Below are positions 22,423 through 34,098 of a stretch of 64,000 nt of DNA, in pieces. The DNA comes from Somniosus microcephalus (taxonomy: Eukaryota): NCBI GenBank assembly GCA_052327205.1, contig CM126203.1, forward strand, positions 195,238,001 to 195,302,000, in the 5' to 3' direction. Under the pieces are notes generated by a model. The model was given only the letters and a program-made list of their open reading frames with translations. It searched no databases and was not told the origin of the DNA. The stretch's first letter is position 1; every line of letters starts with the position of its first letter. The position numbers and the translations under genes were made by a program.

Positions 22423-23299
22423 ACCACAAAGAAGGACATTTACAATGCTCAGAATTTTCTGCCAGAGATAAATACAATGTTCCCAAATTTAAAGCTTGAA
22501 CAACAATATCATAACAACAACAACTTGCATTTATGTAGCACCTTTAACATAGTAAACCGTCCCAAGGCGTATCACAGGAGCATTATCAAAAATAAATTGA
22601 CACCAAGCCACATGAGATATTAGGACAGATGACCAAAAGCTTGTTCAAAGAGATAGGTATTAAGGAGCGTCTTAAAGGAGGAGAGAGAGAGGTAGAGAGG
22701 CAGACTTTAGAGAGAACATTCCAGGGCTTAGGGCTGAGGCAGTTGAAGGCACAGCTGCCAATGGTGGAGCGATTAAAATAGGGATATGCAAGACGCCAGA
22801 ATTGGAGGAGCACAGAGATCTCGGAGCGTTGTAGGGCTGGAAGAGCTTAGAGATGGGGAGGGGTGAGATCATGGAGGGATTTGAAAACAAGGATGAGAAT
22901 TTGAAAATTGAAGCATTGCCAGACTGGGAGCCAATGTCGGTCAGCGAGCATAGGGGTGATGGATGAATGGGACTTGAAGTTCTGGATGAGCTCAAGCTTC
23001 TGGAGGGTGGAAGGTGGGAGGCCGGCCAGGAGAGCAGTAGAAAAGTCAAGTCTAGAGGTAACGAAGGCCTGGATGAGGGTTGAGAAGAACTGAGAACCGA
23101 GACAGGGCAAAGTCGGGTGATGTTATCGAGGTGGAAGTAGAGGGTCTTGGTGATGGAGTGGATATATGGTTGGAAGCTCATTTTGAACAAATACCACACC
23201 AAGGTTGTGAACGGCCTGGCTGAGCCTCAGATAGTGGCCAGTGAGAGGGATGGAGTAGGTGGTTACGGAACGGAGTTTGTTGCGGGGTCCGAAGACAAT

Positions 23300-26036
23300 G
23301 GGCTCAATTTTCATCGGGCCGTTGAGGCGGGATCGGAGGCGTGTGGAGGGATAAAATTGCAAAAACTGGCGGGTGGGCCCAACCCCACCTCCGTCCTGCC
23401 TCCAAGCAATTTTCATTAAATCGTGTTTACTGGTCCCGCCTCCAAGAGGCGGGATAGGCCATTAAGGCCCTTAACAAGCACTAAATTGCTTCTATAATGC
23501 TATTTTGATAGGCCTTTGTGATTTTAACCCTTTTCCCACGTGAAGCCCGCCTGTTCTGAAACCCGACGGTGAAACCTGGCGGCAGCACAATTGGATTGCT
23601 CACTACCAGCTGCAGCTCAACCATTAAATAGGAGATTTGATCAGCCATCATTTGGAGGTGGCAGGACTGTGTTGTCTCAGGCCTGGGGGAACTTTTAGAA
23701 GGCATAACCACAGCTATGGAAGTTTGCAGCCTGACACCCATCTCCAGTGTGACCTCCTGGGAAACCCCTCTTGCCACCTTCACTGAGCACTTCCTCAACT
23801 GCGGCATATACCAAGTAATCCTAAGCCCTCAATGTGGAAGCCCCATTAGCAAAATGACACATGCCACAACTGCAGCAGTAGCCATCAGATTTTTTATTTA
23901 CAGTAACCATCTGATGGCTTTTTAATGTTAAACATCAAATTTCACCCAAGTGACTACCCTTGTGACTATTTGTGCAGTATTTGTGAACCTGTGAAGGCTC
24001 ACCAACAGTCTGCTGCCCCTGCGGCTGTGCAGGGATTGAGATGCCCATCTCAGTTGGGTGTGGACTCTGGTGGGGCTCTGACCGAGGGCTCTGCAGTGGC
24101 ATGGAAGTGTGAGCACTTGGAGAGGAGCCCCCACTTCCTTGATGTCTGCCACCAACTTCCCTCTCATGGGTCAGGTCCCCCTCAGCACTTGCAAGTGGCT
24201 TGAGAGCACCTTGCTGCACATCAGGGGGGCCATGGGGGCCCGTATCTGCACTGGCAGTCCTACTGAGAAGGAGTTCCATGAAGATCTGGTTTCTCTGTTC
24301 AATAGATGACCATCGCCCCTCCAGAGATGCCAATCTATTCAGAACACTCACCATGTTTTCTGCACTCTGGCAACTTATCACCTCCATGGAGGTTGCCATC
24401 CTTTCCATGGTGATGCGTTCATGCGCCAATGACTCCACAAAGGCTCTGCTCATGTTTGCAATGGACTCCTCCATTTGCTCCACACTCGCAGTGATCCTGG
24501 AGACAAAACCTGCCAGAGACTCCTGCATCTGTTCCTGGAGTTCCAGCACCGCTGATCTTCTGGATGGACCCACAGGCAGAGGGTCGACATGCAGCTGAGC
24601 CAAGCTGGCAGAGTCCTGCGTCCTCCGACTAGGACTCGCCACTGCTGTCCCTGTCTCCACAATCTGCTGATGCTCACTTGTGAGCTGTGCTACATCAGGT
24701 GACAACACTACTCTATCTCGCGAAGGTCCCACCGAGGTGTGAGTGTCTGCGCTGGTACTGGGTGCGCTGAATTCTGTTGCTGCTGCGCCCTCCGAGGTGG
24801 CAGCTTCCTCTGAGGAGTCTGGATGCTCATGTTCTTCCTCCTGGTTAGTGGGGATGGGTGCTTGCGATGGTCCTGTGGGGGAGTAAAGGAAAGAGTCAGC
24901 GATGTGATGCCAAGGTTACATGCACATTGCATATTGCAGATGATCGTAAGTCCATCTGTTAGAGCTTCAGAATCATTATCAGCAACTCCTGCAATGTCAA
25001 TGAGAGAGATGGAAAACTAATCTGTCACCAGCTTGCTGTGATGCACCCGTCTGTCCATCCCCCCACTTGCGCATCGTCCTCCACTCCCATGATCCCAAGG
25101 ACTGCCTCCTCCCAGGGGGTGAGCTGGGCTACTGAGGGTGGCCCTCTTCCTGTCTTCGCTCTTTCCCTTTCATTGTGAGCTCTCTTTTCCTGCAATGAGG
25201 GAGACAAGTGGAGTTTGAGTGAGAATGAAGGAGTGAGTGTAGAGAATCCATAGCATAGATGCTTAGAAGGAGACAAAGATGGAGTGAGGTGGAAAGACCA
25301 AGGGCCCTCCCTGTATGTTGTAAGTTGTAATTGCATCACCGTGATAGGGAGTGTGAGGGCTGCATTGTCGAATAATTAGGTGAATGTGACCATAGAGCGA
25401 GAGGGAATGGGTAAGGGTGCATGGATGTCAATGTCAAGTGGGATCTGGAGGAAGAAATAGCTCAAGCTGAGTGCTGGTGAGGAGAGGCAATGGGGATCAG
25501 ATTGAGGGTGATGGGAATTTCATACTCACTTTTCCAGTGCACAGGAGGTCATGAAGCCTCTTCCTGCACTGAAGCCAGCTTCTGCGGGTTATTGACAGAG
25601 TTGACCTCCTCTGCTACCTGGATCCACATAGCCTTGGTTTGCTGGGGAGGCTTCTTCCTCCCTGAAGAAGGGAAGATCACCTCTATTGCTGCCTGTACTA
25701 AAGCCTGCAGGGCAACGTCATCAAAGCGGGGTGCAGACCTAGGTCTCTGGCTGGCCATTCTTCCTGCAGGTGCCTCTAACATGCAAAGGCAAAAGCTTGG
25801 CAGTCTGCAGAAGAAGATAGGCTTGTTGCAGGCCTTAAATGCACCAGCAATGATGACATCATCGGAGGTGACTTTCAGACTGGAAAAAACTCATTGGCCA
25901 TGGGTTCCCACACGTTGGAACTCAATTGGCCAATTAAGTTAAAATGGCATCATTCTCCCACATCGATTTAGAATCGAGTGGCTAACACGAAATGCAGATT
26001 ACACGACCCCAGCCCGCCCCAGTATCAAAATCCAGC
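23300..26036. mobile_element. Harbinger deletion derivative carrying the Myb/SANT gene but no recognisable transposase ORF
   Basis: Ends (GG)GCTCAATTTT / AAAATCCAGC, possible TSD TGG. The L2 sequence rejoins across it. Subterminal GGAGGCGGG repeats. Confidence 0.85.
23900..25758 (-). pseudogene. Harbinger Myb/SANT-like (MSANTD-type) DNA-binding protein gene, 3 exons: ~25758-25530, 25189-25029, 24872-~23900
   Basis: Exon 1 RSAPRFDDVALQALV...W.QVAEEVNS...W.QCRKRLHDL; exon 2 EKRAHNERERAKTGRGPP...LTPWEE; canonical GT/AG at all four junctions; frameshifted. Confidence 0.8.
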
Positions 26037-26191
26037 TGGCTTTGGTCTTCCCAATATTTAGTTGGAGGAAATTTCTGCTCATCCAGTACTGAATATCGGA
26101 CAAGCAGTGTGACAATTCAGGCAATGGAGGAGTTGAGAGAGGTAGTGGTGAGGTGGAGCTTGTTGTCAGTGTACATGCGGAACCTGACATT

Positions 26192-26905
26192 GGGGGAATT
26201 TTAACCCCCCAAAAATGGGTGGGTTGGGGTTGGGTGCAAGGTTAAAGAATTAAAAAAATGGAATCCCAACCCCACCTACCTCCAACAGGCCCACCTGCGG
26301 TTTTAACGGAGATGGGACGGTGTGGTGGGGGCCAGCAGCCAACCCGCTCCCAGGAGGAGGGTTGCCCATTTAAATATTATAATGAGGCTGGTGTGCCTCA
26401 TGGTGATCCACCAATTCAAATTCAGCTGTGGGCGGGTGGGTTTCCCTGGCCTTCGGAAACCCACCAGCTGAAGGGAGGTGAGGACCGCTGGATCCAGGAC
26501 GTAAGTGCCTTTCCACTTACCTGCTGGAACCAGCGTCCCTGCCTCACGCTCCCTCTGTGATCGGAACCCCCCTGACTCTTCGGATCTCCCCCCCCCACCC
26601 CCGACCTTCCCCCCGGGCCTCCGACACCCCCACAGGAGACCTCCGATCTCCCCTCCGGCCCCCGATCACCCTCCGGCCTCCAACCTCCCCAACCCGATCC
26701 TCCTTCGGCCTCGATCCTCCAGCCCCAATCCTTCTCCAGCCACCGCCACTTCCCCGCCCCCCCCCCCCACCCCCTGCGCCACCCCTACCACTGATCCCTC
26801 TTTCCCTCCTCCCTGCCACCTAGTGTCTTTGGCCTACCTGCCCGACTGCCAGCCAGCCTCTCCATCTGGCTGGCTGCAGGCATGAAACAGAACTTGAAAA
26901 TGTTA
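26192..26905. mobile_element. Harbinger-type non-autonomous element (family B), left part with C-rich tract
   Basis: Starts GGGGGAATTTTAACCCC; similar to the reverse complement of 50660-51382. Confidence 0.55.
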
Positions 26906-26908
26906 ACC

Positions 26909-29601
26909 TGGGGACTTATGCCAAAATTAGGAGAGCGGTCCAACAGACTAGTCAAGCAACAGCCTGACATAGTCATACTCACAGAATCATACATTTCAGC
27001 CAATATCGCAGACTCCTCCATTACCATCCCTGGGTATGTCCTGTCCTACCAACAGGACAGATCCTTCAGAGGTGGTGGCACAGTGGTATACAGTCAGGAT
27101 GGAGTAACCCTGGGAGTCCTCAACATTGACTCCAGACTCCATGAAGTCTGATGGCATCAGGTCAAACATGGGCGAGGAAACCTCCTGCTGACTACCACCT
27201 ACCGCCTCCCTCAGCTCATGAATCAGTACTCCTCCAGGTTGAACACAACTTGGAGGAAGCACAGAGTAGCAAGGGCACAGAATGTACTCTGGGTGGGGGA
27301 CTTCAATGTCCATCACCAAGAGTGGCTCAGTAGCACCACTACTGACCGAGTTAGCGGAGTCCTGAAGGACGTAACTGCCAGACTGGGCCTGGGTGGTGAG
27401 AGAACCAACACAAGGGAAAAACCTACTTGACCTCGTCCTCACCAATCTACCTGTTGCAGATGCATCTGTCCATGACAGAATTGGTAGGAGAGACTACTGC
27501 ACAGTCCTTGTGGAGACTAAGTACCATCTTCACACTGAGGACACTCTCCATCGTGTTGTGTGGCACTACCACCGTGCTAAATGGGATAGATTCAGAACAG
27601 ATCTAGTAGCTCAAAGCTGGGCATCCATGAGGAACTGTGGGCCATCAGCAGCAGCAGAATTGTATTCCACAATAATCTGTAACCTCCTGGCACGGCATAT
27701 CCCTCACTCTACCATTACTATCAAGCGAGGGGACCAACCCTGGTTCAATGAGGATTGTAGAAGAGCATGCCAGGAGCAGCAAAATGCATACTTAAAAATG
27801 AAGTGCCAACCTGGTTAAGCTACAGCACAGTACTACATACATGCTAAACAGCGGAAGCAGCATGCTATAGCCAGAGCTAAGCGAGCCAACAACCAACGGA
27901 TCAGATCAAAGCTCTGAACCTGCCAACTCCAGTCATGAATGGTGGTGGACAATTAAACAACTAATGGGAAGAGGAGGCTCCATGAACATCCCCATCCTCA
28001 ATGATGGCAGAGCCCAGCATGTGAGTGCAAAAGTCAAGGTTGAAGCGTTCGCAACCATCTTCAGCCAGAAGTGCTGAGTAGATGATACATCTTGGACTTT
28101 TCTTGAGGTCATCAGCATCACAGAAGCCAGTCTTCAGCCAATTTGATTCACTCCACGTGATATCAATAAATGGCAGAACGCACTGCATACAGCAAAAGCT
28201 GTAAGCCCCGAAAACATTCCGGCTATCCTCTGAAAACTTGTGCTCCAGAACTAACCGAGCCTCCAGCCAAGCTGTTCCAGTATAGCTACAACACTGGCAT
28301 CTACCCGACAATGTGGAAAACTGCCCAGGTATGTCCTGTCTATAAAAAGCAGGACAAATCAAATCCTGCCAATTACCACCCCATCAGTGTTCTCTTAATC
28401 ATCAGCAAAGTGATTGACGGTGTCATCGACAATGCAATCAAGTGGCACTTACTCACCAATAACTTGTTCACTGATGCTCAGTTTAGGTTCTGCCAGGACC
28501 ACTTGGCTCCAGTCCTCATTACAGCCTTGGTCCAAATACGGACAAATAAGCTGAATTCCAAAGGGTGATGTGCGAGTGACTGCCCTTGACATCGAGGCAG
28601 CAATTGACTGAGTGTGGCATCAAGGAGCCCTAGTAAAATTGAAGTTAATGGGAATTAGGGGGAATATTCTCCACTGGCTGGAGTCATACCTAGCACAAAG
28701 GAAGATGGTTGTGGTTGTTGGAGGCCAATCATCTCAGCCCCAGGACATCGCTGCAGGAGTTCCTCAGGACAGTGTCGTAGGCCCAACCATCTTCAGCTGA
28801 TTCATCAATGACCTTTTCTGCATCATAAGGTCAGAAGTGGGGATATTTGCTGATGATTGCACAGTGTTCAGTTCCATTCACAAATCCTCAGATAATGAAG
28901 CAGTCCGTGCCCGCATATAGCAAGACCTGGACATCATTCAGGCTTGCGCTGATAAGTGCCAAGTATCATTTGCACCACACAAGTGCCAGGCATTGACCAT
29001 CTCCAAGAAGAGAGAGTCTAGCCACCGCCCCATGACATTCAACAGGATTGCCATCTGCAAATACCCCATCATCAACATCCTGGGAGTCAACATTGATCAG
29101 AAAATTAACTGGCCCAGCCATGTAAGTACGGTGGCTGCAAGATCAGGTCAGAGGCTGGGTATTCTCTGGCGAGTTTCTCACCTCCTGACTCCCCAAAGCC
29201 TTTCCACCATCTACAAGGCATAAATCAGGAGTGTGATGGAATACTCTCCACTTGCCTGGATGAGTGGAGCTCCAACAACAGTCAAGAAGCTCGAGACCAT
29301 CCAGGCCAAAGCAGCCCGCTTGCTTGGCACCCCATCTACCACCTTAAACATTCAATCCCTCTACCATTGATGCACCATGGCTGCAGTGTGTACCATCTAC
29401 AAGATGCACTGCAGCAACTCGCCAAGACTTCTTCGACAGCACCTCCCAAACCCACGACCTCCACTGCCTAGAAGGACAAGGGCAGCAGGCACATGGGAAC
29501 ACCATCACCTTCAAGTTCCCCTCCAAGTCACACATCATCCTGACTTGGAAATATTTGGCCGATCCTTCATCGTCACTGGGTCAAAATCCTGGAACTCCCT
29601 T
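26909..29601 (+). mobile_element. CR1-clade LINE (second family), near-complete ORF2 with many stops and frameshifts
   Basis: PDIVILTESY, RGGGTVVY, VGDFNVHH, LLDLVLTN, NYHPISVL, GVPQDSVVGP, FADD. Confidence 0.9.
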
Positions 29602-29605
29602 CCTT

Positions 29606-32190
29606 ACAGCCTGAGGATTGGAAGGATTTTAGAATTCAGCAAAGGAGGGTGAAGAAATTGATGAGAGAGGAAATTAGCAAGAGACAAAAAACAGTTTGTA
29701 AAAGCTTCTATTGGTACGTAAAAATGAAGACATTAGCGAAAGTAAACACGGATCCCTTACAGGCAGAGACAGGAGAAATTATAATGGGGAATAAGGAAAC
29801 GGCAGAGACTATTTAAAACATGCTTTTTATCTGCCTTCACAGAAGAAGACAGACGAACATTTTGGAAATAGTGGTGAATCGAGGGTCTAATGAGAATGAG
29901 GAACTTAACAAAATTAGTATTGGTAAAGAAATAATACTGGTGAAATTAATGGGATTAAAAGCTGGCAAATCCCAATGACCTGATGGCCTGCATCCTAGGG
30001 TTTTAGAAGAGGTGGCTACAGAAATAGTGAATGCATTGGTTTTGATCTTGCAGAATTCATAGATTCTAAAACATTCCCTGTGGATTGGAAGGTAGCAAAT
30101 GTAACCCCACTATTGAAGAAAGGAGGAAGAGAGAAAACAGGGAACTATTGACCAGATAGCCTGACTTCAGTATTAGAGAAAATGCTAATAATTATTGGGC
30201 AGAGTCAACACAGATATATGAAAGGGAAATCGTGTTTGACAAATAGTTACTTGAGATTGTAACTATCAGGGTAGATAAGGGGGAACCAATGAATGTAGTG
30301 TATTGGATTTTCAGAAAGCATATGCTAAGGTGCCACACAAGAGGTTATTACACAAAATTAGGGCTCATGGGGTTGAGAGTAATATGGCCCAGAAATTCGG
30401 GTCTCCACGGGTGAGTATGCAGGGGTACTCACCCGTAAGCCCAATGGAAGTGCCGGTTTCCTGCATGCACTGCGCATGCGCGGGAAACCGGCACTCCCGT
30501 TCCCCTGAAAGAAGGGGTTCAGAAGTCGAACGCGTGCGCAGGAGAGGCAGCGCGTGCGCATCGAACTTACTTTTTTTTGCAGGTTTTCCCGGGAGGGTAA
30601 GTCTCCAGAAGTTAGATATGTAAAAAGCAGTCGCAAGGCCTGCTTTTTACAAGGTAAGTGGTGCATTAATTAAATTAAAACATTTTTTCCACAGGCTTAT
30701 TATTTTTAAATACTTTAAAGAAAGGTAAGTTTATTTTTAGCCCCATTAGAAAATGTAATTTTTTTCAAAAATTTAAATTATTGTTTAAAATAGTTCATGT
30801 AATTTATAGTTTATTTTTAAAATGTGATTTAAAAAAAAAAAAAAAATTATTTGAAGATTTAGTGATGATTTGGGGCTTGTAGTATTTATAGGTTGATAGG
30901 TCTTCCTGTCAAACTTATGAATGAAGCATTCCCTGCTACCATTGGCTCTCCATGGCCCACATGATCCCAGGGGACGCATCGAACTAACTGCGCCCCTGGG
31001 ATATGCAAGCAATGCGCGTCGGCAGTTGGAGGAGGCCCAGGATCAGAATTCCATGGGGGCCCACAGCTCAACGGCCGGCACGGTAGGTAAGTGCAGGTCG
31101 GGGGCTTACACCCGCGGGAAGCCCCCGACCCAAATTTCTGGGCCATTAGCATAGATGAGGATTGGTTAACAGACAGTAAACTGGCAGGCTAGTGGGGTAC
31201 TGTAAGGATCAGTGCTTGGGGCTCAGCTATTTACAATCTATATAAATGACTTAAATGAGGGGACCGAGTATAATGTATCCAAGCTTGCTGGCCATACAAA
31301 GCCAGGTGGAAAAGTAAGTTGTGAGGAGGATGCAAATGGATATAGACAGGTTAATGAGTGGGCAAGAACATCGCAGATGGAATATAACATGAAAAAATGT
31401 GAAGTTATCCGCTTTGGTAGGAAAAAAAGAGCAGAATATTTTTTAAATGGGGAGAGATTGGGAAATGTTGGTATTCAGAGGGACCTAGGTGTCCTTGTAC
31501 ACGAATCACTGAAAGTTAACAAGCAGGTACAGCAAGTAATTAGGAAGGCAAATGGTATGTTGGCCTTTATTACAAAAGGATTGGAGTACAAGTGTAAAGA
31601 GGTTTTAATGCAATTATATAGGACCTTGGTGAGCCCATGCCTGGACTACTGTGCACAGTCTTGGTCTCCTTACCTAAGGAAGGATGTACTTGCCATTAGA
31701 GGGTGTGCAATGAAGGTTCTCCAGACAGATTCCTAGGATGGGGGGATTGTCCTATGAGGAGAGATTGAGGAGACTAGGCCTATGTTCCCTAGAATTTAGA
31801 AGAATGAGAGGTGATCTCATTGAAACATATACAATTCTGAGGGGGATTGACAGGGTAGATGCTGGGAGGATGTTTCCCTTAGCTGGGGAGTCTAGAACTA
31901 GGGGGTCACAGTCTCATAATAAGGGATCGGCCATTTAGGACTGAGATGAGGAGAAATGTCTTCACTCTAAGGGTTGTGAATCTTTGAAATTCTCTACCCC
32001 AGAGGGCTGTGAATGCTCAGTCGTTGAGTATATTCAAGACAGAGATCGATAGATATTTGGATATTAAGGGATATGGGGATAGTGCGGGAAGGTGGAGTTG
32101 AGGTAGAAAGTCAGCCATGATCTTATTGAATGGCAGAGCAGGCTCGAGGGGGCAAATGGCCTACTCCTGCTCCGACTTCTTATGCTCTTG
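29606..32190 (+). mobile_element. Decayed CR1 LINE interrupted by a MITE
   Basis: DFQKAYAKVPHKRLLHKIRAHG, RT C-terminus, canonical 3' tail at 32100-32190. Confidence 0.9.
30386..31144. mobile_element. MITE (Harbinger-like), CpG-rich ends and AT-rich core
   Basis: TIRs GGCCCAGAAATTCGGG / CCCAAATTTCTGGGCC (15/16). CR1 sequence rejoins across it. TSD unclear. Confidence 0.85.
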
Positions 32191-32194
32191 TGAT

Positions 32195-32850
32195 AAGAGT
32201 TGTTTTGGTACTATGGCAGGGGTGGAAACTTGATTAGAGGGATTCCAACATGGAGTTGTGGAAAAGACAAGCATGGATCTGGGCTGCAACAACACTTGGA
32301 GAGGACTTTGGAGAAGAAGCGGAGGTTGGAGATGAGGCGGTACTTTGCAAGGACAGAAGGATTAAGGGTGGGTCTTTTGATGAGAGGTGTGATGACGACA
32401 CATTTGCCGGGGAGGGAACGGTTAACAATATCACCTAACATGGGGGCCAGATAGAAGTTGGGTAGTCAGCAGTTTGGTAGGAATAGGGTTGAGGGAGCAG
32501 GAGGTGGGTCTCGTGGACAAGTTGAGCTCGGAGAGGGCATGAGGGGAGATAGGCGAGAAATTAGAGAAAGATGCGAGTTCAGGGCTAGGGCGAGGGCAAC
32601 CTTCGGGGATTTTTATCCTGGTGGGCTAGTGAAAGGGAGGGAAGCGGCAGAGGCACCTGAACGGATGGTCTCAATCTTAGTGATGAAGAAGTCCATGAGC
32701 TCCTCTCATTTGTTGGAGGTGAGGATGAAGGAGGCAGGGGAGAGGGGTTTAAGAAGACCGTTTGTAGTGGAGAAGAGAAGTCTGGGGTCATCTTTGCATT
32801 CCAGGATGATCCTGGAATAGTGAGCAGTTTGGGCAGAGGCCATACCCAGG
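32195..32850 (-). mobile_element. L2 LINE internal fragment
   Basis: VITPLIKRPTLNPSVLAKYRLISNLRFFSKVL is an L2 RT N-terminal motif. Confidence 0.8.
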
Positions 32851-33349
32851 ATAACTTGACAGGATGATACCAATACAATGACAACAAGTCCACAAAATAC
32901 TCATTCACTGTTTCAAGGGATCTGTCAAGATTAAAAGTAAAATTGAAAAGAAAGGCCTTATTTCGTTTCCTTTGCTACTTTTAATGAAAAAGTAGACATA
33001 AATAAAAAGTGGTACAATGTCAATAGAAAATCCTAATGGAGTATTTGTCCATGTATAGTATTGCTTGATGATTCCTACCCATCCAAAATTGGATTGACTA
33101 CCATGAGTAAAAAACGTCAGCAAAAAGGTCAATTTTTGCTTATGAGACCATGTTAAGGTCATCAATGAAGAAGTCATGCTCTGTTCCTCAGTCGCTCAAT
33201 CAAATCGAGAAACAAATATTTTATACCAAGCTCAACAAAGGAGAAGAATCTAAAGTATCAGAATAAAAATGAAGAAACAAATAGTCCATGGATTTTTGTC
33301 TAACAGCAATTGGAGCAGGAAAAGGAAAGGCATGCTGGGTGCATGGAGG

Positions 33350-33510
33350 GTATAGGAGGCACATGGTTTATAGCCCTTACTACCCTAAACATTTGGTCTA
33401 CCACAACAGACCCAGCTTCCTAAACATGGGTTGAGGAGTGCATGAGGCGACTTCAGCTCACCAAGGAAATTGTGATTGAGGTGTACCATGAAAACCTACA
33501 GAGACCATGA
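33350..33510 (+). pseudogene. Harbinger transposase N-terminal remnant
   Basis: PYYPKHLVYHNRPSFLNM..ECMRRLQLTKEIVIEV aligns by eye to [33 protein letters not shown] at ~41000. Confidence 0.5.
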
Positions 33511-33729
33511 AAGAGATGATTGCCTTCAACTTTAACGCTATAGTATTTACAAAGAATATTATAGGAGCCAGCCAGTTCATTTGTTTGTCTTTTGAACAAC
33601 TGATACATTTTAAAATAGAATGAAAGAAGTACAGACTGCAAGATCAGATGAAAGTGAACTTCATTTAATTATGCAATGGCTGTAGTATATGTTTGTAATG
33701 TGTTTTGCTCGTGCATTTGCCTCTTATGT

Positions 33730-34098
33730 CCGCCTCAGCTAAGTGATAGCACTCTCACTTCTGAGTCAGAAGGTTGTGGGTTCAAGCCCCACTCCAGAGA
33801 CTTGAGCACATAATGTAGGCTGACAATTCAGTATATTACTGAGGGAGTGCTGCACTGTGGGAGGTCTTTTGAATGAAATGTTAAATCTGTTCCTCTTAGG
33901 TGGTTGTAAAATATCCCATGGCACTACTTGAAGAAGAGCAGGAGAGTTCTCTGGTGTCCTGGCCAACATTTATTTCTCAACCAACACCTAAAATAGATTA
34001 TCTAGTCATTATCCCATTGCTGTTTATGGGAGCTTGCTGTGTGCAAATTGGCTGCCATGTTTCCTACATTATAACAGTGACTCCACTTTGAAAGTACA
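33730..34098 (+). mobile_element. DeuSINE (SacSINE1-like) tRNA-derived SINE
   Basis: B box GGTTCAAGCC; Deu-domain-like CTGAGGGAGTGCTGCACTG...CCCATGGCACTA..GAAGAAGAGCAGG..GTCCTGGCCAA...GGGAGCTTGCTGTGTGCAAATTGGCTGCC. Confidence 0.8.

Larger units (their letters stand above)
22513..26190 (-). mobile_element. L2 LINE 3' fragment (22513-23299 and 26037-26190), interrupted by a Harbinger element
   Basis: LIQAFVTSRLDF...HWLPV and LSHCLSDIQYWMSRNFLQLNIGKT are L2 ORF2 motifs. Tail AAATGCAAGTTGTTGTT on the minus strand. Confidence 0.88.

Noticed and set aside
26505-26885. Proline-rich ORFs (and glycine-rich 50639-51127)
   Set aside because: Products of low-complexity C/G tracts.
33735-33800. tRNA gene
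   Set aside because: It is the SINE head; no complete cloverleaf, and it continues into the Deu domain.
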